Source of the DNA: Clostridium sp.
GTDB lineage: Bacteria; Bacillota; Clostridia; Clostridiales; Clostridiaceae
Direction of reading: 5' to 3'
Length of the DNA stretch: 64,000 bases
NCBI RefSeq assembly: GCF_026168755.1
Contig: NZ_JAPFDR010000010.1
Coordinates: forward strand, 17,487 to 81,486
The translations under genes were made by a program, and so were the position numbers. Each line of letters starts with the position of its first letter. Position 1 is the first letter of the stretch. Of this stretch, positions 1 to 10,334 are shown piece after piece. The notes under the pieces are model-generated. The model was not told the DNA's origin. It did no database searches and was given only the letters and a program-made list of their open reading frames with translations.

Positions 1-759
1 AGCTACTTCAAAAAATTCTACTACAATAGTTCTAGTAGAATCCAATCCTGCATTTTTACCTATCATAATATATATTAAATCAAATAACTGGAACATACTA
101 ATAAAACCTGTTACACTTAAGAAAAATATTGTTGGTGAAATACTTGGTATTGTTATTTTGCAAAACTTCTTAAAACTTCCTGCCCCATCTATATCTGCTG
201 CTTCATAAATTGAATAATCTATATTTTGAAGAGCTGCTAATAAAATAATAATTTGAGTGCCAATAACTGACCAAATTAAAATACATACTATAACTATCCA
301 AGAATATTTTGCATTGCTTAACCATTCTACTGCTTCTAAATTAAAAAATTTGAGTATTTCATTAATTATTCCATAGTTATAATTAAATATGTATTTAAAT
401 ACTACTGCTATAGCTGCTGGCATTGTAACTATTGGTAAATAAAATATTACTCTAAAAATTCCCTTTCCCCTAACAGTTGGTGAGTTTAACATATTTGCAA
501 TAATCAAAGAAATCATAATTGATATAGGTAATGCAAATATAGTTATTCTAAATGTATTAATTATAGAATCATATATCTCTTTGTTTTGTAATATAATCTT
601 AAAATTATCCAATCCTATAAAAGTCTTTTCACCAAATCCAATCCACTCATGTAAACTCAAGAAAAAACTTTGTAATATTGGCCAAACTGCAAATATTAAT
701 AACCCTATAACTGCTGGTGCTATAAAAATATATCCCCACATAGCTTCTTGTTTTTTCAC
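1..759 (-). CDS. Carbohydrate ABC transporter permease (3' end runs off the window)
   Basis: Manual translation from GTG at 759 (GGAGTG RBS): MKKQEAMWGYIFIAPAVIGLL...IYEAADIDGAGSFKKF, containing the EAA loop; directly downstream of the solute-binding gene. Not in the ORF track. Confidence 0.9.
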   Translation of the reverse strand, partial: MKKQEAMWGYIFIAPAVIGLLIFAVWPILQSFFLSLHEWIGFGEKTFIGLDNFKIILQNKEIYDSIINTFRITIFALPISIMISLIIANMLNSPTVRGKGIFRVIFYLPIVTMPAAIAVVFKYIFNYNYGIINEILKFFNLEAVEWLSNAKYSWIVIVCILIWSVIGTQIIILLAALQNIDYSIYEAADIDGAGSFKKFCKITIPSISPTIFFLSVTGFISMFQLFDLIYIMIGKNAGLDSTRTIVVEFFEVA

Positions 760-875
760 CTATTTCACTCCATTTCTAAACTTAATCATAAATACTAATG
801 TTTTAAATAAAGGCTAGTCCAACTTAAATTAAATAAACAATATTATTTATTGTATGAACCGCCTTCATTTAGCTT

Positions 876-2126
876 CTATTTTAATATTTTATTAGCTTCA
901 TCGGCTAACATTTTAACTGTTTCTTCTGGCGTAAGATCTCCATTTAGCATTTTTGTAATTATTTCAACTTCTTTACTATCCCATCCTGTTTTTCCTGATT
1001 TAAAATAACCAACACCCCTACTAGCACTTTCTACTGTATCTTTAAGACCAGTAAGATTACTATTAGCCTTATATAGTGTATCTGCAAAGCCATTCTTAGC
1101 AGGCATAACACATGATTTTTCTGCTAAAATTTTATTAGCCTCATCACTTGCCATAAATTCAATAAATTTCTTAGCTTCTTCAGGATATTTAGTGTTTTCA
1201 GCTACTGCTGTTCCAACGCCATGAATTACAGAGCTAATATCATTTTTCCCACTAGTTGGAAGTGGAGCAACATCTATATCCTCTTTATTAGATAATTGTG
1301 ATACCTCTGCTGTAGTCCATACACCTGAGTAAAACATACCTATTTTTTTATTTGCTACTGAAGTTATATTATCAATTCCCTCTAATTTAGTTGGTTTTAT
1401 ACTTAATCCATCTTGAACTAAATTATTATAAAAACTCATAGCTTCTAACGCTTCTGAAGAATCCCATCCACTTGTGCCATCCTCATTTACAATTTCTCCA
1501 CCTGCTTGAATAACTAAATTCCAATAACCTGCTTGATTATCTGTATGAGGAATTAAAATAGGGATTATATTTGGATCATTTTCTTTTAATTTTTTAGCTA
1601 CTTCTATCATTTCATCATATGTTTTAGGTGCTTCTAACCCTAACTCATTAAATAATTTCTTATTATAAAACATTCCAATGGCATCAAAATCCCTAGGTAA
1701 TGCATATATTTTATTATCAACTGTATAAATTTCTGTAACTGCCTGATTAAATTCATTTAAATCAATATTACACTCTGATAAATCCATTAATTTTCCACCT
1801 TCTTGATATTTCAAAAAATTTGGAGCATTAATTGTGAAAATATCTGGTAAATTATTTGCTTGAGCAGCAGTATCTAAAGTTGTAAAATAATTTTTATAAG
1901 GTGTAACTTCTATAACAACGTTAATATCAGGATTCTCTTCATTAAATTTAGTTACAATTTCTTCAAATCCTGGTTTTTGCTCTAAGTCCCATATAGCAAA
2001 ACGAAGTTGTTTTTTACCACTTTCTCCTTGTGAATTGTTTTTAGAATCAGTATTTGTTGAGCATGATACTATGCTTAAACTTAAACATAGTATAGAAGCT
2101 AAAGTAAGTATTTTTTTAAGTTTCAT
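876..2126 (-). CDS. Sugar ABC transporter substrate-binding lipoprotein
   Basis: 416 aa; lipobox LSIVSC; family 1 extracellular solute-binding signatures (PDIF, YALP, FYNKKLF); adjacent to the permease. Confidence 0.9.
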   Translation of the reverse strand: MKLKKILTLASILCLSLSIVSCSTNTDSKNNSQGESGKKQLRFAIWDLEQKPGFEEIVTKFNEENPDINVVIEVTPYKNYFTTLDTAAQANNLPDIFTINAPNFLKYQEGGKLMDLSECNIDLNEFNQAVTEIYTVDNKIYALPRDFDAIGMFYNKKLFNELGLEAPKTYDEMIEVAKKLKENDPNIIPILIPHTDNQAGYWNLVIQAGGEIVNEDGTSGWDSSEALEAMSFYNNLVQDGLSIKPTKLEGIDNITSVANKKIGMFYSGVWTTAEVSQLSNKEDIDVAPLPTSGKNDISSVIHGVGTAVAENTKYPEEAKKFIEFMASDEANKILAEKSCVMPAKNGFADTLYKANSNLTGLKDTVESASRGVGYFKSGKTGWDSKEVEIITKMLNGDLTPEETVKMLADEANKILK

Positions 2127-2171
2127 ATTAAGTATTCCCCCCTAAAACATATAATTTATACAAAAGCTTTT

Positions 2172-2185
2172 TGTAATCGTTTAAA
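2172..2185. promoter_or_regulatory. Possible cre (CcpA)/LacI-type operator upstream of the sugar ABC operon
   Basis: TGTAATCGTTTAAA resembles TGWAANCGNTNWCA with the end mismatched; about 45 bp upstream of the start codon. Confidence 0.3.
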
Positions 2186-2630
2186 ATTTATATTCTTATT
2201 TTCTACTACACACTTTTGAATATTTTGCTAATTAGAATATATTTAAGTTTATTTTTGTTTTTGCTATATACTGGAATTATATTCTTTTTCTTTTTATTAT
2301 ATTCTCTTTACTTTAAATATTTTGTAAAATTTCACAAAAAGGTGCTATATCAATTGTATGTTTCTTTCTGCTTAATAAGCATAAAATAAAAAGAAATCCC
2401 AATTGATTATTTTCAACTAAGATTTCTTAAATAAAAAAACATTTAAATTAGTTAACTTATATTTAAATAAGTTCTTTTCTCATACCATATACTTTTATAA
2501 TTTTCTCTTATTAAATTCATCATACAACTTAGAGTTTACTCTAAGTCAATACTAAAATCTTTTATGTAGCTATTTAATTCACTCATATGAATCATCCCTT
2601 TAATATATTTATCTAAATGCCCCTAATACA

Positions 2631-2920
2631 TTATATATATTTAATAATACAAGAGATAAAATTACCATAATTAACAGCTGCTTCCTTAGCATTCATAGAG
2701 AAAAATAAAGTTAATACACAAACATTAACAGTCCCACCCCCAATACTTAAAAATGAAGATATTGTTCCTAATCCCATACCTATAATAATACATAATAAGC
2801 TATTTTCTATTTTAAACTGCTTCATATTATTTTTATTATTCATATATATAAACACAGCTATAAGCAGTATTGCTAAAATTATATTTTGATATATAATTAC
2901 TTTTGCATCATTTAAATATA
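2631..2920 (-). pseudogene. Sulfite exporter TauE/SafE-like fragment
   Basis: GLGTISSFLSIGGG...V..LTLFFSMNAKEAA motif of the second half of TauE; no N-terminal half and an early stop. Confidence 0.6.
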
Positions 2921-2940
2921 GATTGCTTCTATCCCCTTTT

Positions 2941-2985
2941 AATAAGAGAAAAAGAAGGGCTATCCCTTCCTTTTCCTCTTATATT
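2941..2985 (-). terminator. Long hairpin, probable terminator of the acetyltransferase gene
   Basis: aagagaaaaagaaggg / cccttccttttcctctt imperfect inverted repeat about 50 bp past the stop at 3035. Confidence 0.55.
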
Positions 2986-3034
2986 ACTCTATTTAAATTT
3001 TCTATTAATAAATTTATCTCATAAATAAAAACTT

Positions 3035-3649
3035 TTAGTCTAAAAGTTCTTTGGAAATCATACGATTTTTGAAGTAATATTTTTTATCATGTTCATTAAC
3101 TTCACGAAGCACTTTACACGGATTTCCTACAGCAACTACATTAGAAGGAATATCCTTTGTTACAATACTTCCTGCTCCAATTACAACATTATCTCCTATT
3201 GTAATCCCTGGCAAAATAATTGCACCAGCTCCAATCCAACAATTCTTCCCTATAGTAATAGGCGCATTATATTGATAAGCCTCTTTTCTAAGCTCTGGCA
3301 ATATTGGATGTCCTGCTGTAGCTACAGTTACATTTGGGCCAAACATAGTATAATCTCCTACATAAATATGTGTATCATCTACTAATGTGAGATTAAAATT
3401 TGCATAAATATTCTTTCCAAAGTGAACATGCTTACCACCAAAATTTGCATGAAATGGAGGTTCAATATAACATCCTTCACCAATTTCAGCAAACATTTCT
3501 TTTAACATAGCTTCTCGCTTTTCTAGTTCTGTAGGGCGTGTCATATTAAAATCATATAGTCGATTTAAATATCCCAATTGCTCTTTCATTAATTCTTCAT
3601 TTCCTGGCAAATATAATTCTGTATTATGCATTTTTTCTTTTATACCCAT
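3035..3649 (-). CDS. Maltose/galactoside O-acetyltransferase (hexapeptide-repeat)
   Basis: 204 aa; IEPPFHANFG, hexapeptide repeats IGKNCWIGAGAIILPGITIGDNVVIGAGS, GNPCK. Confidence 0.9.
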   Translation of the reverse strand: MGIKEKMHNTELYLPGNEELMKEQLGYLNRLYDFNMTRPTELEKREAMLKEMFAEIGEGCYIEPPFHANFGGKHVHFGKNIYANFNLTLVDDTHIYVGDYTMFGPNVTVATAGHPILPELRKEAYQYNAPITIGKNCWIGAGAIILPGITIGDNVVIGAGSIVTKDIPSNVVAVGNPCKVLREVNEHDKKYYFKNRMISKELLD

Positions 3650-3795
3650 TTTCTCTCTCCCTAATATGTTTTAAAAAAATTTTTTTATACTATTAATTTA
3701 ACATTATTTTTTATGTAAATCTATAACATAATAATATTATTTTTCATAATTTTATAATAATAGTATATAGGTTTAATCATTTATTTCTCTTCATT

Positions 3796-3826
3796 AAAAA
3801 GAGACTTAGAATTACTACTAAGCCCC
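3796..3826 (-). terminator. Rho-independent terminator after segment 3 of the split oxidoreductase
   Basis: GGGGCUUAG/CUAAGUCUC stem followed by a U-tract on the - strand, 16 bp after the stop at 3842. Confidence 0.65.
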
Positions 3827-3841
3827 TATTATCTTTATACT

Positions 3842-4121
3842 TTATACTAATTTTTGCTCAAATATATTATCTAAATTAACCTTTTTAATTCTATCATTAA
3901 TTTCCTCTTTATCAGTAGTATAAAGACCTAACTCTTGCATTCTCTTAAAATAGCTAGCACCAGCAAAAGTATATCTATCCTTTCTACCTTCCCTAGTTTC
4001 AACTTTTTCATTAGCAAAAGAAATTAAATCGCCTATTGCTATAGAAGAAGGTAAAATTAATAGTGGCATTCCCAGCATTAACCTTACAGCATTATGACCG
4101 GCTAAGCTACCTGTACATATA
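3842..4121 (-). CDS. Segment 3 (C-terminus) of the interrupted GidA/MnmG-related FAD oxidoreductase
   Basis: Reads (HTEA)ICTGSLAGHNAV..., the G-xx-EA-xxxG-xxAG-xNA motif of the GidA family; continues segment 2 in frame across the repeated core. The ORF-track N-terminus MQSGLKISQFSH is element DNA. Confidence 0.9.
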
Positions 4122-4133
4122 GCTTCAGTATGA
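4122..4133. repeat. Element B att core, left copy (GCTTCAGTATGA)
   Basis: Identical to 14329-14340; encodes H-T-E-A on the - strand. Confidence 0.92.
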
Positions 4134-4191
4134 TGACTAAACTGCGAAATTTTTAGTCCACTCTGCACATTTTATGACATCTCTAACATTT

Positions 4192-5790
4192 TTATATTTT
4201 ATTAGAGTATGTAATACTTATTGTATTACATTCACTACCCCAAATAATTTCTTGAAAAATATTCCTTAAAACTTTCTTTTTATCTTCATGATTCAAAAGA
4301 TCGAATGTGCTTTGAAAATTATTTATTTTATTTCTTATACTTTCAATATCTATTTCTTCATTTATGATAGTAGCATTTTTTTGTATTACACTATTTAATG
4401 ATTCTTCTAATTCTTTAATTTGAAAATTAATATCCCTAATTATTTGCTGATATTCTAAAATTATTTCTTTATCTAGATTAGAATCTAAAGTTTGTAATTG
4501 TAAAAACATATTTCCCTTTTTATTCTTTAGTTGTTGAATAGTATTGTTTATTTCATCTACTTCAGTATTATTATTTATTAAGCTATCATTTTTCAATATC
4601 TTATCCAACTCTTCTATTACTTTAGAAGAATCATATCCAACTACCTCTTCAACAATCCTTTTATCTACAATTGCTCCATTTAGATTTTTCATATTACAAA
4701 TTGTATTACTGCTATCTATTTTCATACTGCAAGCGTAATAATAAGGCCTTGTCCCATCTTTTAATTGACGAGCCTTAACTACATTCATTACAGATCCACA
4801 CTTACAACGTAATATACCACTTAAAAGTGCAACATTAGAATTACCTCTATTAGGTTTGTTATGTCTATTCTTAGATATTAACTCTTGTACCTTTATCCAA
4901 TTTTCAGCTGGTATTACACCATCATGCTTTGATGTTGCAGCAAGCTTTGGGTTATTTCTTGTTTTATCATTAGTCCTTTTGCAATAAGTTAAAATACCTT
5001 TTCCCTCTTCTTGTTTAGTTACAATGTAGCCTTGTTCTTCTAAAAACTCTGCAATATCCTCATTGCACATTGCATAAGTTGGATTAACAAGAACACTCAT
5101 AATTGAACTTTTATTAATATATCCACCCTTTTTGCCTCTAACCTTATTTTTAAGGAGATATTTATGAACCTTACTTACTGATTCAAATTCTAAATAAAGA
5201 TTAAACATCTGTATTACTTTATCTATTTCTTCCTCATTAATAACTAATGAACTATAATACCTAGTCTTACCATGTCCATCTATAAAAGATTCTCTTACAT
5301 GATTAAATCCCAAAGGAGCTTGACCTCCAAGCCACCTACCATCTCTAGCTAAAAGGTACATATTATCTGTAATACGTTGTATTAAATCATCTCTTTCAAA
5401 CTGAGATATACTAGCCAAAATAGTTAAAAACATAGTTCCCATTGGACTACTAGTATCTATTTTTTCTGTAACACTGTGTAATGCACATTTATATTCTTTA
5501 AAAATATCAATTGTCTCTAAAATATCTTTAACTTTTCTTCCAAGACGATTAAGTTGATAAACTATAACTGCATCTAACTCTTTTAGCTTAATCATATGAA
5601 TCATATTTTTAAATGCTGGTCTATCTGTATTTTTACCACTATAACCTTCATCTTCAAAGATTTTTATTTCTATATTTTTTTCTTCCATAAATATAAAGTT
5701 TATATAATCTTTACATCTATCGATCTGATTACCAATAGAGTCTCCCTTTCCTGTAAATTTTGACTTTCTCGAATATATAGCAATTTTCAT
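4192..5790 (-). CDS. Large serine recombinase (SpoIVCA/CisA-like), element B
   Basis: 532 aa; YSRKS catalytic motif, EDEGYSGKNTDRP, LNRLGR, recombinase domain GGQAPLGF, zinc ribbon CKC...YYYACS, coiled coil; intact. Confidence 0.95.
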   Translation of the reverse strand: MKIAIYSRKSKFTGKGDSIGNQIDRCKDYINFIFMEEKNIEIKIFEDEGYSGKNTDRPAFKNMIHMIKLKELDAVIVYQLNRLGRKVKDILETIDIFKEYKCALHSVTEKIDTSSPMGTMFLTILASISQFERDDLIQRITDNMYLLARDGRWLGGQAPLGFNHVRESFIDGHGKTRYYSSLVINEEEIDKVIQMFNLYLEFESVSKVHKYLLKNKVRGKKGGYINKSSIMSVLVNPTYAMCNEDIAEFLEEQGYIVTKQEEGKGILTYCKRTNDKTRNNPKLAATSKHDGVIPAENWIKVQELISKNRHNKPNRGNSNVALLSGILRCKCGSVMNVVKARQLKDGTRPYYYACSMKIDSSNTICNMKNLNGAIVDKRIVEEVVGYDSSKVIEELDKILKNDSLINNNTEVDEINNTIQQLKNKKGNMFLQLQTLDSNLDKEIILEYQQIIRDINFQIKELEESLNSVIQKNATIINEEIDIESIRNKINNFQSTFDLLNHEDKKKVLRNIFQEIIWGSECNTISITYSNKI

Positions 5791-5810
5791 TTTTGTATTA
5801 CTCCTTCTAA

Positions 5811-5966
5811 CTAATGTTTATATTCTTCGTCATTAAATTTTTCAATCAACAATCTACAAACTTCAACTCCATATACATTAATTAATGCTCTTGCTATTGA
5901 CTTATAGGCCTCTTCCCCTATTGATTCCTTATTTTCTTTAAGTATTATAATATTGCCTTTTTTCAA
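5811..5966 (-). CDS. 51-aa protein upstream of recombinase B; candidate recombination directionality factor
   Basis: Manual: GGAG RBS, TTG start, MKKGNIIILKENKESIGEEAYKSIARALINVYGVEVCRLLIEKFNDEEYKH*; stop lies 21 bp before the recombinase start. Confidence 0.6.
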   Translation of the reverse strand: MKKGNIIILKENKESIGEEAYKSIARALINVYGVEVCRLLIEKFNDEEYKH

Positions 5967-6002
5967 AACAATTTTTACTCCACAACTAAATTATTATTAT
6001 TA

Positions 6003-6031
6003 TATTGTATTTAAATTATTATTGAAATGTT
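6003..6031 (-). promoter_or_regulatory. Sigma-K-like promoter (one mismatch)
   Basis: AACA-N16-AATACAATA versus the consensus mACm-N16-CATAnnnTA; AT-rich context lowers specificity. Confidence 0.45.
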
Positions 6032-6040
6032 ACAACTTAA

Positions 6041-6086
6041 ATAAAAATGCAGAGTTAGATTTTTACTATCTTACTCTGCATTTTAT
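6041..6086 (-). terminator. Terminator after the Fic pseudogene
   Basis: aaaatgcagagt / actctgcatttt inverted repeat. Confidence 0.6.
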
Positions 6087-6120
6087 GGTTTTATAAATAT
6101 ATTATAATCTATTAACTTCT

Positions 6121-6828
6121 CTACTTCCAAAGATTAGAATACTCATTTTTAAAATCATCTAATGATAATATATATTTTTCTAAAGGTGAAAAGTCTAAAT
6201 CATTACATTCATTAAGTGATTTTCTATATAAATCTTCAGTATCCCATGATATAATTTTCACTTCTAAATTTTGTTCTAACATTTGTTTTAACATTATAAA
6301 CCTTCCTATTCTTCCATTACCATCTTGGAATGGGTGAATAAGTTCAAATCTATAATGAAATTAAGCTACATCTTTTAAAGTAATTTTATTTAATGAATAA
6401 TACCATTCTAAAAGTTCATCTAGTTTACTTTCAACTTCAAATGGTTGAGCTATCTTTGCATTTGTTCCTATAATCATATTGGGAATAACTTTATAAATTC
6501 CTGCATATCCTTTTGCATGCATACTAGTATTAAACATTAAACTTGCATGTATATTTTTAAGAAATTTATGATCTATCTTTTCTCCTAATGTTTCTATAAT
6601 TGTATCAAAAACATAACTTGAATTAACCGTTTCTTGTACATCATCTAAAGTATGCTTACCTTCAACAACATTTTTATCTAATAATAAAGCTAATGCTTCT
6701 GTTGTAAATGTACTTCCTGCAATTTTATTTGAATTATATAAAAAGTTATGTTTTAAAACAGCATATAATGAATTTTTAAAATCCTTAGTTTCATTTAACA
6801 CATCTATAAAAGTTTTTTCGTTAACCAT
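6121..6828 (-). pseudogene. Fic-domain protein with an in-frame nonsense codon
   Basis: Reads ...LKDVA*(TAA 6361-6363)FHYRFELIHPFQDGNGRIGR...NLWK*; the canonical Fic motif lies after the stop. Confidence 0.85.
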
Positions 6829-6914
6829 CCTATATCTTATACCCTTAACTTTCTTCTTATCCTTTATTATAACCTAAATAAATAAACTATTAAACATTGA
6901 AACTAATTCATGTA

Positions 6915-8474
6915 CTACATTTCTTGTATTATACAATCATGCTCTTTAGTTTTTGTGTTATAACAAATAGCAACTGCTAATATTTTTTTATCTGAATATT
7001 CCTTTTTAAACTTAGAAACATATTCTTTCTCTAAAATTTGATTTATCGCAACTTCAGGTAATGTATCTTTTTTAAGTTCAACTATAAAAGGTATATCATT
7101 CTTTCTTCTTGGATGAAATGTAAAATCTGCATAGCCCTTACCTGTTTTCTCTTCTCTTTCAACTCTATAGGTGTCTCTAGCGGAAAGGTATGCTAAAGTA
7201 AGAACACATGACAAACTATTTTCATCATTATATTGAAGTATCGGTATTTCAGAGTTATGAATATCATGCAGTATATTTTCAACAGTTTTTGTATCACCCT
7301 TAACTGTTGCTTTAAGCATTTTTTTAGAGTTTTCAACTATTTCTGAAACATATCCAAATGATTCATCTTTTAAGGCCTTTTGGAACTCTTTCATTAATTC
7401 TTTGTTAGGAATTTTTAAATATCCATTGTTATAAGATAAAAATCCTAGAATTATCATTGCTGAATATATTTCTTCCTTTGTTTTAGGTTCATCTTGACCT
7501 GCTCTAAACTCTTCATCTATATAGATATCAATTTCTTCTCTAGAAACCATTTCTATAACATCATCACGAATTTCTAAGGTATTGTACTTTAAATATTGTG
7601 TTACTTCATCCATTGCACCAGTATTTGTCCAATAACTTTCACAATTATTATTCATAAGTGCTTTAACAACAGACCTTGGATTATACACTTTAATTCCACT
7701 TGCTGTTGTATAGCCATTATACCAACTTTCGAGTTCTCCAAAATCCATTTTTTTATTTTTTAAACACAGCTCTTTAACTTCTTCTTCTGTAAAACCAAAG
7801 AACTCACCAAAGCTTCTATCTCTTAAAAATGTATATTCATCAAACATATTCAGTGCACTACCACTTGAATATTTCTTTATTGGAAGTACCCCTGTCATAT
7901 AGCAAAGAGCTACATAATTTTGATCTTTTAAAAGGTTTCTTAAAAACTCTAAAAAGTCATTTTGATGCTCAGCAAATAAATTATTACAAAAAATATAATC
8001 CCATTCATCAAAGATAAATATAAATTTCTTTTCTGATTTTTGTAAAATTCTTTTTAAGCTATCAGTTTCATTTAAATTATCATTATTAACTAATTCTATT
8101 ATTTCTCGCTTTAATTCTATAATTATGTTATTTATATAATCTTGATATGTTTGCATATTATCACATATCTCATTAAAAGAAATAGCTATTACATTGTATT
8201 TATTTAAATTTTCTTCGTAACTATCTGATTTACTAACTTTAAGGTTATCGAAGATTTCTTTGGCATCTACAGCATTTCCATAATAAGCTCCTAGCATATC
8301 TGCAACAGATGACTTTCCAAACCTTCTTGGTCTAGTAATACAAAGGTATTTGCTTTTTGTAGAAATCCTTTTATTAACCATGTCTATTATTTCTGATTTA
8401 TCAACAAAATACTCTTCTAAAAATAATTCTTTAAAATTTTCAAAGGGTCTAATGCTATTTAAATATATTGCCAC
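6915..8474 (-). CDS. AAA-ATPase-like plus PD-(D/E)XK nuclease (PDDEXK_9/DUF1703-type) protein, copy 1
   Basis: RPRRFGKS Walker A, IFDEWD Walker B, C-terminal REEKTGKGYADF...IVELK. Confidence 0.85.
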   Translation of the reverse strand: MAIYLNSIRPFENFKELFLEEYFVDKSEIIDMVNKRISTKSKYLCITRPRRFGKSSVADMLGAYYGNAVDAKEIFDNLKVSKSDSYEENLNKYNVIAISFNEICDNMQTYQDYINNIIIELKREIIELVNNDNLNETDSLKRILQKSEKKFIFIFDEWDYIFCNNLFAEHQNDFLEFLRNLLKDQNYVALCYMTGVLPIKKYSSGSALNMFDEYTFLRDRSFGEFFGFTEEEVKELCLKNKKMDFGELESWYNGYTTASGIKVYNPRSVVKALMNNNCESYWTNTGAMDEVTQYLKYNTLEIRDDVIEMVSREEIDIYIDEEFRAGQDEPKTKEEIYSAMIILGFLSYNNGYLKIPNKELMKEFQKALKDESFGYVSEIVENSKKMLKATVKGDTKTVENILHDIHNSEIPILQYNDENSLSCVLTLAYLSARDTYRVEREEKTGKGYADFTFHPRRKNDIPFIVELKKDTLPEVAINQILEKEYVSKFKKEYSDKKILAVAICYNTKTKEHDCIIQEM

Positions 8475-8583
8475 GACTTCACCACCTTATACATAGATTA
8501 TTAACGTAACTATTAATTAATTATAACATCTATTTTGATAACGAGGAATAGTTAGTAGTAGCTGTTTCTTGTGGTTGTTTAAC

Positions 8584-10257
8584 CTAAGACACTTTAATCA
8601 TACAATCTTTTTTATAAAAAGTAATTCCATACTTAACTATATTAGTATATCCTTCTTCTAATAATTCTGCATCATACTGTTTTTCTTCTATTTGATTTAA
8701 AGCCTCATCACATTTATCTGACATTTCTTTAAAGTTTTTTGCCACTTTAAGCTCTAAAATAACAGCTTCTCCTCGTCTGTTAGGATATTTAATAATAATA
8801 TCACTTCTACCTTTTCCTGTTTCTCTGTTTGATTTAATTATATATCTCTTAAGGTTAACTAAAGTTCCTAGTAAGAATCCATGATAAAAGTTTTCATATG
8901 CATCATAAAAACTTATACTTTCAGTTAAAAGCTCCACTAATTCATTCTCAAAAGTTAAAGTATCTCCACCTAACATAGCTTCATACATTTTAGATAAATC
9001 CTTAGATTTTATTCCTTCATCAAACCAATTTAAAATTGTATTTTTATAAATTAATCTTATTTCTTCATTTGGAATAGCTAAAGTAATAAGTATTTCATTA
9101 TCTTCATTCATCCTTACACTTACTTTCTTTAAGTATCCTGTAAAAAACAAGAAATTCCATAAATTATCCATAGATGAGTCAATATCTGCATATATTATAT
9201 CTTCATGAATAACCTTTTCTATTGTTTTACCTGCTACAAGTTCTTCAATTTGTGCCTTTGTATCATCATCTGCTTTTTCTATTAATGATTTTACAATACT
9301 ATTAGAGCTTGTATTGGCCCAATATGATATTGGTAGTGCATTAATAGTTCCTGTTAAATCATATATAAATTTATCAACACTCCATGGATTATAAACATTA
9401 CATTCACCAAAAAGATATCCATTGTACCATTTCTTTATAATATCTTCTTTATCTTCAAATCCATAATATTTAAGCATATCAATTACTTCATTTTCTGTAA
9501 AACCAAAATACTCATCATAGTGAGTGTTCAATATAGAAATAATATTTAAGTTATTTAATCCAGTAAAAATACTTTCTTTAGATATTCTCAAGCATCCTGT
9601 CATAATTGCAAACTCTAAATATTCATTTGTCTTTAATGCAGATTCAAAAAGTGATCTTAAAAAATCTATCATTTCATTGTAAAATCCTTTAAAATATGAG
9701 TTTTCTATTGGAACATCATATTCATCTATTAAAATAATAACCTTTTTATTATGGTACTTCTCAAGGCATCTTGATAAAAACTTTAATGCTGTTACCATAT
9801 TACCTTTATTATCTTTTTTATTAATAATATTTAAATAATCTTCTTTTTCATAATGAAGCTTTTCTGAATTTAATACGTAATCATGTCTTTTAAACTCTTC
9901 AATAATCTCATTTACAAGACAATCATATGCTAATTCGTAATTAGGTTGCTTGGCTGATTTTAAAGAAAGATTTATAACAGGATATTGTCCCATATGTGAT
10001 TTGTACTTTTCACCTTCATTCATTATTTTAAGTTTATTGAATAAATATGAATTATCATCCTTACCATTTTCAAAGAAGTATTGTATCATGCTAATATTTA
10101 AAGTCTTACCAAATCTTCTTGGCCTAGTAAATAAATTAACTTTTGCCTTACTATCTAGAATATCCTTTATTAGTAATGTTTTATCTACATAATAATAATT
10201 ATTTAATCTTATATCCTTAAAATTATCTACACCTATTGGTAATGGTTTTAAATTCAT
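8584..10257 (-). CDS. AAA-ATPase-like plus PD-(D/E)XK nuclease protein, copy 2
   Basis: LPIGVDNF, RPRRFGKT, LIDEYD, SNRETGKGRSDI...ILELK. Confidence 0.9.
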   Translation of the reverse strand: MNLKPLPIGVDNFKDIRLNNYYYVDKTLLIKDILDSKAKVNLFTRPRRFGKTLNISMIQYFFENGKDDNSYLFNKLKIMNEGEKYKSHMGQYPVINLSLKSAKQPNYELAYDCLVNEIIEEFKRHDYVLNSEKLHYEKEDYLNIINKKDNKGNMVTALKFLSRCLEKYHNKKVIILIDEYDVPIENSYFKGFYNEMIDFLRSLFESALKTNEYLEFAIMTGCLRISKESIFTGLNNLNIISILNTHYDEYFGFTENEVIDMLKYYGFEDKEDIIKKWYNGYLFGECNVYNPWSVDKFIYDLTGTINALPISYWANTSSNSIVKSLIEKADDDTKAQIEELVAGKTIEKVIHEDIIYADIDSSMDNLWNFLFFTGYLKKVSVRMNEDNEILITLAIPNEEIRLIYKNTILNWFDEGIKSKDLSKMYEAMLGGDTLTFENELVELLTESISFYDAYENFYHGFLLGTLVNLKRYIIKSNRETGKGRSDIIIKYPNRRGEAVILELKVAKNFKEMSDKCDEALNQIEEKQYDAELLEEGYTNIVKYGITFYKKDCMIKVS

Positions 10258-10334
10258 ATTTTCACTTCCTTTTATCTGTTTTTAAGCTATCTATTATTAT
10301 ATCCTAATTGTAAATTTTATTAAACCCACTATTT

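Noticed and set aside
581-817. + strand 78-aa ORF and the other short opposite-strand ORFs (for example 3089, 4544, 7829, 9950, 13099, 14540, 16141, 18016, 28237, 40135, 49329, 55610, 62795)
   Set aside because: They are antisense shadows of well-supported genes, with no RBS or motif support.
4134-4168. N-terminus MQSGLKISQFSH as the true start of a 108-aa gene
   Set aside because: It lies in the element's att arm with no convincing RBS; family similarity begins only at the core (HTEA).
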